From contig CAWFQB010000005.1 in assembly GCA_963817895.1 (NCBI GenBank), forward strand, positions 704,001 to 768,000: DNA of 64,000 nucleotides, in the 5' to 3' direction. The stretch comes from an uncultured Chthonomonadaceae bacterium. Lineage in GTDB: Bacteria; Armatimonadota; Chthonomonadetes; Chthonomonadales; Chthonomonadaceae. The translations under genes were made by a program, and so were the position numbers. Positions 21,844 through 31,352 of the stretch are shown piece after piece; position 1 is the stretch's first letter; every line of letters begins with the position of its first letter. The notes below the pieces were generated by a model that had not been told where the DNA came from, searched no databases, and saw only the letters and a program-made list of their open reading frames with translations.

Positions 21844-22767
21844 CTATTTTGCCTGTCGCTGCCGGTGAATAGCGTCCAGCAAATGATAAGGGGCCGCTTC
21901 GCCGTCGAGGATACTGAGGTCGGCGCGTTCTACCGCGCCGAGTTTCACTTTGGGCTTGACCGTTGGGCCGTGAAAGTCGGACCCGCCCGATGTCAGCAGG
22001 CCGTGCCGCGCCGCCAGATCAAGGTAACGCGCCGTGTCTTGGAGGGAATGAAGATTGTACCGCGCTTCGATGCCGTCCAGTCCTTTTTCCCGTAACTGTA
22101 GAATGTAGTTTTCCGTCTCTTCGTTTGTGCCGCATTTGCAGTTGTTGGGGTGCGCCAGTATCGCCACGCCGCCCGCGTCATGGATCAGTCGAATGGCCTC
22201 TTCCGCCGTCACTTTCTCTTTCGGCACGTTGCCCTTCGCGTTTTCCGCCAGATACTCGTTGAACGCCTCCTGTACGCTGCCCACAAGCCCCTTTGCGATC
22301 AGCACTTTGGCGAAATGTGGACGCGCGATAATATCGCCGCCCGCTTCGGCTTCCACTTCCGCCAGCGTAATGTGAATATTTCGGCTTTTCAGTTCGTCAA
22401 GACTGTTCAGTTTTTCCACCATCAGGGCGTTGCGGTTCACGCGCTTGTGCTGAATGTCGCGCAGGCGGTTGAGCAGCTTGGGATTGCGCGGATCAATGCC
22501 CAATCCGAGGATATGGCACTGCCCCCGCTCCCTTGATGTGTTTTCAATCTCCGCGCTCAATTCTATGCCCGGTATTACCTCTACGCCCAGCCGCTTCCCC
22601 GCTTCCAGCGCTTCGGCAACGCCATTCGTCGTATCATGGTCGGTGACGGCAATCGCGGCCAGTCCTGCGGCTTTCGCCAGTTCGATAAGCTGCGTGGGCG
22701 ACTGGTCGCCGTCCGAGGCGGTGGTATGCGCGTGAAGATCAATTCTGCGCGTGTCAAGTTCCGGCAT
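21844..22767 (-). CDS. PHP domain metal-dependent phosphoesterase (YciV/TrpH-like)
   Basis: DLHAHTTASDG, TDHD, HILG, RPH, LAHP, GGSDFHG. Confidence 0.92.
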   Translation of the reverse strand: MPELDTRRIDLHAHTTASDGDQSPTQLIELAKAAGLAAIAVTDHDTTNGVAEALEAGKRLGVEVIPGIELSAEIENTSRERGQCHILGLGIDPRNPKLLNRLRDIQHKRVNRNALMVEKLNSLDELKSRNIHITLAEVEAEAGGDIIARPHFAKVLIAKGLVGSVQEAFNEYLAENAKGNVPKEKVTAEEAIRLIHDAGGVAILAHPNNCKCGTNEETENYILQLREKGLDGIEARYNLHSLQDTARYLDLAARHGLLTSGGSDFHGPTVKPKVKLGAVERADLSILDGEAAPYHLLDAIHRQRQAK

Positions 22768-22779
22768 GGCAAACTCCTG

Positions 22780-22867
22780 TGTAGGGAGTAGGTTGTAGGT
22801 TGTAGGGAGTAGGGACAATGCTGTTATGTATTTTCCTACTCCCCACTCCCTACAACCTACTCCCTAC
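22780..22867. repeat. Inverted heptamer-repeat array (GGGAGTA/GGTTGTA type)
   Basis: GTAGGGAGTAGGTTGTAGG... mirrored by ...CCTACAACCTACTCCCTAC. Confidence 0.8.
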
Positions 22868-23412
22868 GTTATCAATCCTTCATCCGTCAAATGCTTTACA
22901 ATACGGGCAACGGATTCCTCAATGGTTTCCTGACTGGTCAGGGCTACAATGTCTGGATGTTCCGGGGCTTCATAGGGATCGGAAACGCCGGTAAAATGTT
23001 CGATTTCGCCTGCCAGCGCTTTTTTGTACAGCCCTTTCACATCGCGTTCCACAAGCGCGTCGAGGGGCGCGTGGGCGTACACTTCCACAAAAGTGGCGTG
23101 GCCTTCGTTTTCGGTTGCCGCCCGGATTTCATCGCGTACCTCCGCATAGGGAGAAATGGCGGCGGTGATGGCGATCACGCCGTTCCGCGCCAGTACCCGC
23201 GCCACCCATCCGATACGCCGAACATTCGTATCCCGGTCCTCTTTGGAGAAGCCAAGCCCTTTGGATAAATGTTCGCGCACCTCGTCCCCGTCCAGTAACT
23301 CTACTTTATAGCCCCTGCGGGTAAATTCCTGCATGATATTGTCAGCAAGCGTGGATTTGCCCGCGCCTGACATACCCGTAAACCACAGAATAAATCCTTT
23401 GTGCGAATCCAT
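22864..23412 (-). CDS. cysC: Adenylyl-sulfate kinase
   Basis: [34 protein letters not shown]. Confidence 0.96.
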   Translation of the reverse strand: MDSHKGFILWFTGMSGAGKSTLADNIMQEFTRRGYKVELLDGDEVREHLSKGLGFSKEDRDTNVRRIGWVARVLARNGVIAITAAISPYAEVRDEIRAATENEGHATFVEVYAHAPLDALVERDVKGLYKKALAGEIEHFTGVSDPYEAPEHPDIVALTSQETIEESVARIVKHLTDEGLIT

Positions 23413-23443
23413 ATTCCTCCTGACTCCTAACCTGAAGAGCGTG

Positions 23444-23483
23444 TTGACAAACCGGCGCGATTGTACTATAATCTTATCAGATT
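23444..23483 (+). promoter_or_regulatory. Consensus sigma70 promoter for cysH with an overlapping short palindrome
   Basis: TTGACA at 23444, 17-bp spacer, TATAAT at 23467; TAATC-N6-GATTA overlapping the -10 box. Confidence 0.8.
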
Positions 23484-23506
23484 AGTCAACTTTATTTCCC
23501 GCTGCG

Positions 23507-24247
23507 GTGGGAGGTCAGGAAGTGTCGCATGACCGCGCAAACAATGGTTTCTCGCTACTCCGCCGAAGAGCTTCAGCTCTGAGTTTAACCTTTGAAGACA
23601 AGTCGCCCGAAGAGATTCTGCGTTGGGCGGTGGATCAGTATGGTTCCCGATTGACGATGGCAACCGCGTTCGGCGCCGAGGGGTGCGTTCTGCTGGCGAT
23701 GCTGGCGGACATTCCCGGCGCAAAGGAAGCGCGTATCTTCAATCTGGAAACCGGCTACCAATTTTCGGAGACTCTGGAACTGCGCGAACGCATCCGCGAA
23801 CACTACGGCATCACGGTCGAATACGTCAGCGCGTATGAGTCGGTGGAAGAGATGGAACGCCGATTGGGTGGCCCGATTTACGGCACAAACCCGGACGAGT
23901 GCTGCCGTATCCGCAAAATTGAGCCACTGAAGAACGCTCTTGTCGGCTACGACGCCTGGATTTCCGCCATTCGCCGCGACCAGACGCCCGACCGCGCCCT
24001 TGCCGACATTTTTGAATGGGACAAGAAGTTCAATCTCGTTAAAGTAAACCCGCTCGCCAACTGGACCAAGCGCGACGTGTGGGACTACATCCTGCGCAAC
24101 GATGTTCCCTATAACCCCCTGCACGATCAGGGCTACCCCAGCATCGGTTGCCGCCACTGCACCCGCGCTGTTGCTGTAGGGGGAAACGACCGCGACGGGC
24201 GCTGGACGAACTTCGCCAAAATGGAATGCGGTCTGCACACCCGGTAG
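23507..24247 (+). CDS. cysH: APS/PAPS reductase, Fe-S-binding type (start uncertain)
   Basis: ETGYQF, ECCRIRK, RRDQ, GYPSIGCRHCT, ECGLH. Confidence 0.95.
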   Translation: MGGQEVSHDRANNGFSLLRRRASALSLTFEDKSPEEILRWAVDQYGSRLTMATAFGAEGCVLLAMLADIPGAKEARIFNLETGYQFSETLELRERIREHYGITVEYVSAYESVEEMERRLGGPIYGTNPDECCRIRKIEPLKNALVGYDAWISAIRRDQTPDRALADIFEWDKKFNLVKVNPLANWTKRDVWDYILRNDVPYNPLHDQGYPSIGCRHCTRAVAVGGNDRDGRWTNFAKMECGLHTR

Positions 24248-24255
24248 GAGAATTC

Positions 24256-24471
24256 ACCACCCGCTGCGCTAGAGACACAGAGGCACAGAGAGGGAACACA
24301 GAGGAAGAAAAGGAGAAAAGGAGAAGAGGAGAAGAGGAGAAACAGGGAACAATCAGCAGTCTGCGTTCTTCGTTGCTAATCCTGTTCCATCCTGTTAATC
24401 CTGTCTATTTCCCTCGTGTTTTTCTCTGTGTGTCCTCTCTGTGTCTCTGTGTCTCTAGCGCAGCGGGTGGT
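24256..24471. repeat. Composite inverted-repeat element between convergent genes
   Basis: ~38-bp arms ACCACCCGCTGCGCTAGAGACACAGAG... enclosing modules shared with the 811 and 9219 repeats. Confidence 0.85.
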
Positions 24472-24995
24472 TAGATCACTCTTCTCGCCACGAGCAGGGA
24501 TGCGATGGTTTTGGCGTCCTGCACTTCGCCGGACAGGACGAGTTGTTCGGCCTCTTCCAGTGGCATCGTCACCAGTTCCAAATCTTCGCCCTCGTCGAAA
24601 TGGGTCTGTGTTTTGGTCAGTCCGGTGGCGAGATAGGCGTGGATGAGTTCCGTCGAGTAACCGGGCGCGACAAAGGTAGTGAACAGGGGGCGCAGGTTCG
24701 CGGCCTTGTAGCCGGTCTCTTCTTCCAGTTCGCGCAGGGCGCAGGCGTCTGGGTCCTCGTCCTTCTCCAGCGTTCCCGCCGGAACTTCCAGCAGCACTTT
24801 GCCCGCCGCCAGCCGGAACTGCTTCACGAGCAGGACGGTTCCGTCTTCCATGAGCGGCACGATGCACACCGCGCCGCCGTGCGAAACGATTTCCCGTTTT
24901 GCCTCGTTACCATTCGCCAATCGTACCGTATCCACATGCAGATGCACGATTCTGCCCTTGTAAATCTCTTCGCTGCTGATGACCGTTTCCGCCAT
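24471..24995 (-). CDS. NUDIX hydrolase (ADP-ribose pyrophosphatase-like)
   Basis: PAGTLEKDEDPDACALRELEEETG Nudix box; QFR, DAKT. Confidence 0.92.
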   Translation of the reverse strand: MAETVISSEEIYKGRIVHLHVDTVRLANGNEAKREIVSHGGAVCIVPLMEDGTVLLVKQFRLAAGKVLLEVPAGTLEKDEDPDACALRELEEETGYKAANLRPLFTTFVAPGYSTELIHAYLATGLTKTQTHFDEGEDLELVTMPLEEAEQLVLSGEVQDAKTIASLLVARRVI

Positions 24996-25161
24996 TGTCC
25001 TCGCCTCCCCAAATCTAGTTTGCTGTTCTTCTCTAATCTGAGCAGAACTTTCCCTATTGTACCCCTGACGCTGCCCGCAAAGACTGGAAAGCGCAATTTA
25101 CTTTTTTCGCGTCCGTAAGCGATATAGCAGGATATATATCAGGCAAGGAGAAGTTACGCGA

Positions 25162-25731
25162 GTGTCAGAACAAATATGGTTCACATCGGACAGTCATCAC
25201 GGGCATGCCAATATAATTAAGTTTTCGCAGCGTCCGTTTGCGGATGTGAATGAGATGAACGAGGCGCTGATTGAGAACTGGAACGCGGTTGTGGGCGAAA
25301 AGGATGTCGTGTATCATTTGGGCGATATTTTCATGCTGCCGACCACGCAGGCGATACAGATACGCCGCCGCCTGAAGGGGCGCATTTGCCTGATACGGGG
25401 CAACCACGACAAGACCGCCGATTCCATAAAGGACGCTTTCGAGTGGATTAAGGACTACTACGAACTGAAAGTGGACGATGAGGACGCGCCTGATGGCAAG
25501 CGGCGCATTGTGCTGTGCCACTACGCTTTTCGGGTCTGGAACAAGTCCCATCACGGGGCATGGCATTTATACGGCCACAGTCACGGGTCGCTTCCCGACG
25601 ATCCGAACAGCCTGTCATTTGATGTGGGCGTGGACTGCCACCACTACATGCCTATTTCCTACGAGCGCGTCAAGCGCGTCATGGCGGCAAAACACTTCGT
25701 CCCCGTAGACCATCACGGGGCGCGAGAATAG
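25162..25731 (+). CDS. Small calcineurin-like phosphoesterase
   Basis: TSDSHHGH, HLGD, GNHD, LCHY, YGHSH, DVGVD. Confidence 0.9.
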   Translation: MSEQIWFTSDSHHGHANIIKFSQRPFADVNEMNEALIENWNAVVGEKDVVYHLGDIFMLPTTQAIQIRRRLKGRICLIRGNHDKTADSIKDAFEWIKDYYELKVDDEDAPDGKRRIVLCHYAFRVWNKSHHGAWHLYGHSHGSLPDDPNSLSFDVGVDCHHYMPISYERVKRVMAAKHFVPVDHHGARE

Positions 25732-25750
25732 CGCTATGTGTTGTGGAGGG

Positions 25751-26425
25751 CTATGACAGGTCGGCGTTGCCGCGCTGCCGTTTGTAGTGGGCGGCAACCT
25801 TGGATCGGTTGCCGCACATGCTCATGCTGCACCAGCGGCGCTTGTGGTTTTTGGAAACATCATAAAAGTACAAAATGCAGGCCGGATTTTCGCATTTGCG
25901 CAGATACGACAAGTCTCCCCCGGCAAGCAAGTCGGCTGCGGAAGCCGCTACGGGCGCTAACAGCGACAGACTTGTTTGCCATGCGAAATAAAAGGTTTTC
26001 ACATAACCCTGCTCGGTTTTAACCAGTCCAGCGTGGCCCCTGCTTTCCGTCAGGCGATGATTTATGCAGTCGAGAATATCCTTTGAAACGTCTGCGCCCT
26101 GCGTTATCTGCTCGGCCATGCGCCGCAGCTGCGCGCGGAATGACAACGCCGCCCGTAGCGTGGCTTCCTTTTCCTCCCCACTCCACGCGCTTTCCACGTT
26201 CGAGAACCCAGCTTCACTGATAACGTCTGCTGTAACAAGCCAGTCCCGCAAGTCCGCAAAATCGTTGATGAGACTGACTCGTCGCCCCTTCGCGATAATG
26301 TCCGTGTTGATAAAATCGAGGCACAAAGCATTCCCCAAAAACAAGAACGGGATGTTATCCGTTTTCACGGCACAAACTCCTTCTTTCCAGACTCCGCCTT
26401 CCAATTTCCTGATTTCGTCCTTCAA
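25751..26425 (-). CDS. ABATE/CGNR zinc-finger regulator
   Basis: LCLDFINT...CENPAC...WCSMSMCGNRSK. Confidence 0.92.
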   Translation of the reverse strand: MKDEIRKLEGGVWKEGVCAVKTDNIPFLFLGNALCLDFINTDIIAKGRRVSLINDFADLRDWLVTADVISEAGFSNVESAWSGEEKEATLRAALSFRAQLRRMAEQITQGADVSKDILDCINHRLTESRGHAGLVKTEQGYVKTFYFAWQTSLSLLAPVAASAADLLAGGDLSYLRKCENPACILYFYDVSKNHKRRWCSMSMCGNRSKVAAHYKRQRGNADLS

Positions 26426-26565
26426 CTATTACGGCTCAAAATAGCCTGTGAAAAATAATTAGCAGATTTACGACGAATTTAACACTAAAACGCTCTAACT
26501 TGTATTATACTGTATTGGCAGTTAGTTTGCCACGATCTCGTTTTTTCAAGCAAAGGAGCTATTCT

Positions 26566-27108
26566 ATGTCTCGTTTGACCGCCATTGATCCTACACAGGC
26601 CCAGGGTACGGCCAAAGACCTGCTCGACGCCGTGCAGGGCAAGCTCGGCATTACGCCCAACATGATGCGTACTATGGCCCAATCGCCCGCCGTACTGGAG
26701 GGCTATCTGAGTTTCAGCGGCGCGCTTGCCAAAGGCACATTAAGCGCCGCGCTACGGGCGCAGATTGCTCTGGCCGTTGCCGAGCAGAATGGCTGCAACT
26801 ACTGCCTGGCCGCGCACAGCGCATTGGGTAAGATGGCAAAACTGGATGACGAGAGTATTCTCGCCAGCCGACAGGGTAATGCCGCTGACCCGAAGGCGCA
26901 GGCCGCTTTGCGATTCGCCCATACCCTGATTTCCAGACACGGCGCGGTATCGGAAGAGGATGTCGCGCAAGCGCGCGCAGCCGGTTTCACGGAGGGCGAG
27001 ATCGGTGAAATCATTGCCAATGTCGCTCTGAACATCTTCACCAACTACTTCAACACCGCCGCGCAAACTGACATTGACTTTCCCAAAGTGCAAGTCCTGT
27101 CCCGGTAA
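26566..27108 (+). CDS. AhpD-like / carboxymuconolactone decarboxylase family peroxidase
   Basis: NGCNYCLAAH; AAGGAG RBS. Confidence 0.9.
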   Translation: MSRLTAIDPTQAQGTAKDLLDAVQGKLGITPNMMRTMAQSPAVLEGYLSFSGALAKGTLSAALRAQIALAVAEQNGCNYCLAAHSALGKMAKLDDESILASRQGNAADPKAQAALRFAHTLISRHGAVSEEDVAQARAAGFTEGEIGEIIANVALNIFTNYFNTAAQTDIDFPKVQVLSR

Positions 27109-27211
27109 CAAGTGGCATCAGAAGCCGCTTCAACGCTAATACTGCGGAAAGGAAGCGGACTGAGTTTTAGTTCGCTTCCCGACGCTCTTACCCTTATCGG
27201 CAAAATTCGCT

Positions 27212-27625
27212 ATGTCTACTATCATTTCTCCACCTTTCACCGAAGAAACGGCGCTCGCCAAAGTGCAGGCCGCCGAAGACGCCTGGAACACGCGCGACCC
27301 GGAGCGCGTCGCGCTTGCCTACACCGAAGACAGCCATTGGCGCAACCGCGACGAGTTCTTTCAGGGACGCGAAGCGATCAAAGCCTTTCTACGCCGCAAA
27401 TGGGCGAAGGAGTTGGAGTATCGCCTGAAAAAAGAATTGTGGTGCTTCACGGGAAACCGCATTTCGGTACGGTTCGAATATGAGTGGCGAGATGCTGCCG
27501 GACAATGGGTTCGTTCGCATGGCAACGAGCATTGGGAGTTCGCGGAGAACGGCTTGATGCAGCGCCGGGATGCCAGCATCAACGATATGCCCATACAGGA
27601 GACTGAACGCCGCTATCGTCCTTAA
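27212..27625 (+). CDS. DUF1348 (NTF2/SnoaL-like) protein
   Basis: PPFT...[10 protein letters not shown]...WRNR...FEYEW...GNEHWEF...ASIND. Confidence 0.9.
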   Translation: MSTIISPPFTEETALAKVQAAEDAWNTRDPERVALAYTEDSHWRNRDEFFQGREAIKAFLRRKWAKELEYRLKKELWCFTGNRISVRFEYEWRDAAGQWVRSHGNEHWEFAENGLMQRRDASINDMPIQETERRYRP

Positions 27626-27812
27626 AAAATAATACGCTATATAGCATGAATTCCGCAATAAAATGTTTAATAGATGAGGGCTATCCACTTTCGGCGGGAG
27701 ATTGCCCCGCACAATCGGGATGCTTTTTCTTCAAACCTCCTGAGCGCAAAGCGGCGTTCAGGTTTTGGGCGTTGAAAATGCCCGTGTATATAGATCACAG
27801 GAGAATCACGAC

Positions 27813-28757
27813 ATGCGCCTGCGCACTGTAGCGCCATTGCTCGCAATGGCAATGGGAATGTTCATGGAGCCTGCCCACGCTCAACTCTCGAACTTCGAAA
27901 TCACGCTTACCAATCTCACGCCCACCATCAGTTTCGACGCGACGGATACCATTAGCCCGCCCAAAGCTCCCATGTTCCGGGCGAAAAACGATTTCTCTTC
28001 GCAGGTCTTCACGCAGCCTGTTTTCGCCACGCACGACAGCAGCTATACCCTGTGGCGAGCGGGACAGGCGGCGTCTACCGGGACGCAGTCCGTTGCGGAA
28101 AACGGATTGACCAAGCAGCCCGGCAACTTCGGCAACCCGGTTTATCTGGTTGGAGATTTGGCTTCGCATCAGGCGAGTAATGGCGGCAACGGCAGCGTAT
28201 TGTCCGTCCGCGAGGTTGCCAACCCCAATTTCAATCCGTCCAATCAATGGCACAACGCGGGCGGGAATGCGCCGGGAAGTTTCACGCCGCCATTCCCGAT
28301 AATGAACTGGGTTCCCTCACAGACCAGTGTTATGTTCAACATCGCTACCGATGCGGCGCACCCGCTATTGTCCGGCGAGTTTATGCTGGTTCGCACCAAT
28401 GACGGCTTTTCCGGCCTTGACAGCATCAACCTGTTCAATTTGCCGGGCGGTTCCGAAACGTTCGACATCTATGCCTATGACGCAGGTACGGAAGTCAACA
28501 CTGAAGCGCAAAGCGATCTGGTCTTCTGGAACAGCATCCCCAGCGGCCATACCGCCGAAAACGGCGTGATTACGCTGCATCCCGGCATTCAGGGATTGAA
28601 CGGAGGCTTTCTCAGCCCCTTTGCCTGGAACACGGCCCTGCCAGTCGGACGCATCACCGTGACCGCCGTTCCCGAACCAAGCAGCATGTGCCTGTTTGTG
28701 GCGGCAGGCATGTCCACGTTCCTGCTGTCCCGCCGCCAAAAGCGCCGGGCGCGTTAA
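27813..28757 (+). CDS. Spondin_N-domain PEP-CTERM surface protein
   Basis: Signal peptide; ITLTNLT, AENG, TNDGF, YDAGTEVN; VPEP plus TM helix and basic tail. Confidence 0.85.
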   Translation: MRLRTVAPLLAMAMGMFMEPAHAQLSNFEITLTNLTPTISFDATDTISPPKAPMFRAKNDFSSQVFTQPVFATHDSSYTLWRAGQAASTGTQSVAENGLTKQPGNFGNPVYLVGDLASHQASNGGNGSVLSVREVANPNFNPSNQWHNAGGNAPGSFTPPFPIMNWVPSQTSVMFNIATDAAHPLLSGEFMLVRTNDGFSGLDSINLFNLPGGSETFDIYAYDAGTEVNTEAQSDLVFWNSIPSGHTAENGVITLHPGIQGLNGGFLSPFAWNTALPVGRITVTAVPEPSSMCLFVAAGMSTFLLSRRQKRRAR

Positions 28758-28897
28758 AGCCACTTCCAAATAGCCAGGCGCTTTCAGTACTCGGCCTGTA
28801 TTTCACAGCACATGTTTCAATCCCTGACACTCCGCAGGCCATGCAGCCAGGGATTTCTAACCCCTGGCGAAAATGTGTCCGGTAGTAAAAGAGGTTC

Positions 28898-29872
28898 TTA
28901 TTCGCGGGAAGACCGGGGCGCGTCAGCAGGGGTGAGCGGGATGGGATGCAGCAGTCCGCGCTGAAAACTCCGCGATTCGGTGACGCGCAGGCGTTCGGGC
29001 AGAATGTAGGGGAACCGCAGCCCCTGCGACCCTTCCGCCGGATATGTGGACCCGGCGTACTGCACGGTATATTTGCGGGCCGAAGCATCCGAGCCGAACG
29101 CGATTTTGACAACCGGGGTTTTGGTCTCCGCAATGCCGTGCAGAACCGACCATTCCACAGGCCAGTTCAGCATCTCTTCCAGCCAGCCGATAACCTCCGC
29201 GTGTCCCGCGCCGCGTCCAATCGCGATATAAGCGTCCGCCTGTTCCCGCGTCGCGGCGCAGTCGAAGCGGCAGGGCAAATGCGGCACGGCGCGCGCGCCC
29301 AGCGAACGCAGCAGAACATTGCCCGGTAACGGCCCGGTAACACGCCAGGTATCGGGCGCGATTTCTTCCTTTTGGACTGTGTTCAGCGTCATGGGCCATG
29401 TAGGGTCCACAAACCGGTCGCGATACCAGATTTGCTCGAAAAACGCATGGCAGCAGGCCGGACAGCCTACCATCCGCGCCACTTCCGCCCTGTCGTCGCG
29501 CTGCCAGGCCGCCGCTAAGTCCTCCACATTTTCCAGCGCCCCCACCGCCACACGGTAACGGAGGGGAGTCGCGCCCGTATCGCGCGCCGCGTAGTGCGTT
29601 CCCCCGTCCAGGCCTTCCAGAATTCTCAGGTGCAGCCTGTGCCGCGCGCCCTGTTCGCGCAGGTGTTCCAGTTCCCCCGCATAAACCACCACCCGCATAC
29701 ACGGACGCAAGCCCTCCGCGACGGACAGCAGTTCCCATTCCTGCCAGGCGGCGATAAGACGATCCACGCGGGGCTGCCACACTTCGCGCGCCCGGTCGCT
29801 GACCCATGAAAAGCGGGTAAAGTCCGGCAGACGAAAATCAAGACGCTCCATCGTTTCTGTAAATGATTGCAT
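28898..29872 (-). CDS. Uncharacterised Cys-motif protein (DUF483-like), radical SAM partner
   Basis: GCPACCHAFF and HLPCRFDC motifs; 73 bp downstream of the rSAM gene on the same strand. Confidence 0.75.
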   Translation of the reverse strand: MQSFTETMERLDFRLPDFTRFSWVSDRAREVWQPRVDRLIAAWQEWELLSVAEGLRPCMRVVVYAGELEHLREQGARHRLHLRILEGLDGGTHYAARDTGATPLRYRVAVGALENVEDLAAAWQRDDRAEVARMVGCPACCHAFFEQIWYRDRFVDPTWPMTLNTVQKEEIAPDTWRVTGPLPGNVLLRSLGARAVPHLPCRFDCAATREQADAYIAIGRGAGHAEVIGWLEEMLNWPVEWSVLHGIAETKTPVVKIAFGSDASARKYTVQYAGSTYPAEGSQGLRFPYILPERLRVTESRSFQRGLLHPIPLTPADAPRSSRE

Positions 29873-29945
29873 TTCCGCTCCCTTTCCGCCCGTCAAAAGC
29901 AAAGGCTACCGCCCGAACACCCGAATACCTGAACACCCGCATTGT

Positions 29946-31115
29946 TCAGGCTTTGACCGCAACGGCCCGCATCGCTTCCAGCGTTTCTTCCATTGTCGGG
30001 TTGCTGCCCCGGCCCCACGCTTCCAGCATGGCTCGTTCGAGGTATATCCGGTTTGGCTGCGCGGAAATCGGGAAACTTCCCCGATCCAGCAGACGCTCTT
30101 CGACGTGGCGAAACAGTTTTTTCCAGATGTCGCAGTGTTCCGTGCGGTTGCGCCAATCGCCGTCAATGGCCGTGCCGGGACACTGCCCTTTGCACACAAG
30201 AAAAAAGCGGCAATCCCTGCATCCGCCATGCGCCTGCGGCGTGTGGTACAGCGCGATGTAACGCTCGTAGCCGGAACGGGAGGCTTTGGTGAAATCTATG
30301 CCGTCCTTGTTGGTGCGCCCGCAATTGCTGCGCTGCCCGTGTCCCTCTATGCCCTGTACAGCCGCCGTCGTATAAGGGTCGCAGGCCATCCATACGCACG
30401 TCGCCTGCCGATCCTTTCCCGCCAGCAGGCGTTCCATATCGGAGAACAGGTCGAATCGCAAATGGGATAGCGACGACTCCATTTCGGCAAAATGCAGCAG
30501 CGCACCGATATTTTCCGGCGCGTTCAGCGCGTATTTGCGGCGAATGAACTCGTTTTCCACTTCCAGAATGTGCAGCCGCGCGCTCGTGATGCCCATAGCG
30601 TCACATTCGCGGAACCACGCTTCCATGCGCGGCAGTTTGTCCCCGGTGGCATTGTTGCGGTGCAGGGTCACAATCAGGCTTGGCGGTGTCCCCTCTTCGC
30701 ACAGGCGGCGAATGGCCTGATGCGTTTTCGCGCTCGCTTCCCGCGTTTTCGCCAGATTGCCGGCCCAGCGCGCATCGTTGAGTTCGTCAGGCCCGTCTAC
30801 CGAAATTCCGACGTGGACGTTGTACTTTCGGAACAGGCGGATGTGATTTTCGCTGACCAGCGTTCCGTTCGTTTGAACGGAATTGGTCCCGAACTGCTCC
30901 AGCCCCCACGCCCACAATTCTTCCAGGTCATTATCGTGAATCAGCAGCGGTTCCCCGCCGAACAGGGTAAACGCGCCGCTTTTCAATACCGCCTGCTTCA
31001 TCGCCTCCATATCATACGATTGGGTCAGATTGCCCGCGTCCCGTTGCGGATTCTGGTAGCAGTACTGACACCCGATATTACAGTTGACGCCCAATGGCCT
31101 CAGTTCAACGCCCAT
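29946..31115 (-). CDS. Radical SAM/SPASM peptide or protein maturase
   Basis: CNIGCQYC; FGGEPL; QTNGTL; GISVDGP; C-terminal Cys cluster including CRDCRFFLVCKGQC. Confidence 0.93.
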   Translation of the reverse strand: MGVELRPLGVNCNIGCQYCYQNPQRDAGNLTQSYDMEAMKQAVLKSGAFTLFGGEPLLIHDNDLEELWAWGLEQFGTNSVQTNGTLVSENHIRLFRKYNVHVGISVDGPDELNDARWAGNLAKTREASAKTHQAIRRLCEEGTPPSLIVTLHRNNATGDKLPRMEAWFRECDAMGITSARLHILEVENEFIRRKYALNAPENIGALLHFAEMESSLSHLRFDLFSDMERLLAGKDRQATCVWMACDPYTTAAVQGIEGHGQRSNCGRTNKDGIDFTKASRSGYERYIALYHTPQAHGGCRDCRFFLVCKGQCPGTAIDGDWRNRTEHCDIWKKLFRHVEERLLDRGSFPISAQPNRIYLERAMLEAWGRGSNPTMEETLEAMRAVAVKA

Positions 31116-31227
31116 GATTGTTGCTCCCCGCGCAAAAAGGATGAAGGGTGAAGGATGAAGGATGAACAGCCTCCCATTCATCCTTCATTACTCAGCATCT
31201 CTATCAACTATCAACTATCAACTGCTT

Positions 31228-31352
31228 ATGGACAAACCAGATAAAGATTGTACTATGGCGGGGTTCCGAGTGTTGAAAACACCCGTCTGAGTGGCGTTCC
31301 GCCAAGCGTCCTACGGACGCGGGATTGTACAATGTCCAAGTGGTTTGTCCAT
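31228..31352. repeat. ~125-bp MITE/REP-like element between the giant gene and the rSAM gene
   Basis: Perfect 12-bp IR ATGGACAAACCA/TGGTTTGTCCAT; inner 31273-31320 is 46/48 identical to the reverse complement of 59786-59833. Confidence 0.75.

Noticed and set aside
25162..25731. Prophage signal from the phage-like phosphoesterase
   Set aside because: No integrase, structural or replication genes nearby; the neighbours are ordinary chromosomal genes.
29946..31115. Anaerobic sulfatase maturase
   Set aside because: No sulfatase gene in the window, and the adjacent repeat protein is a better substrate candidate; not formally excluded.
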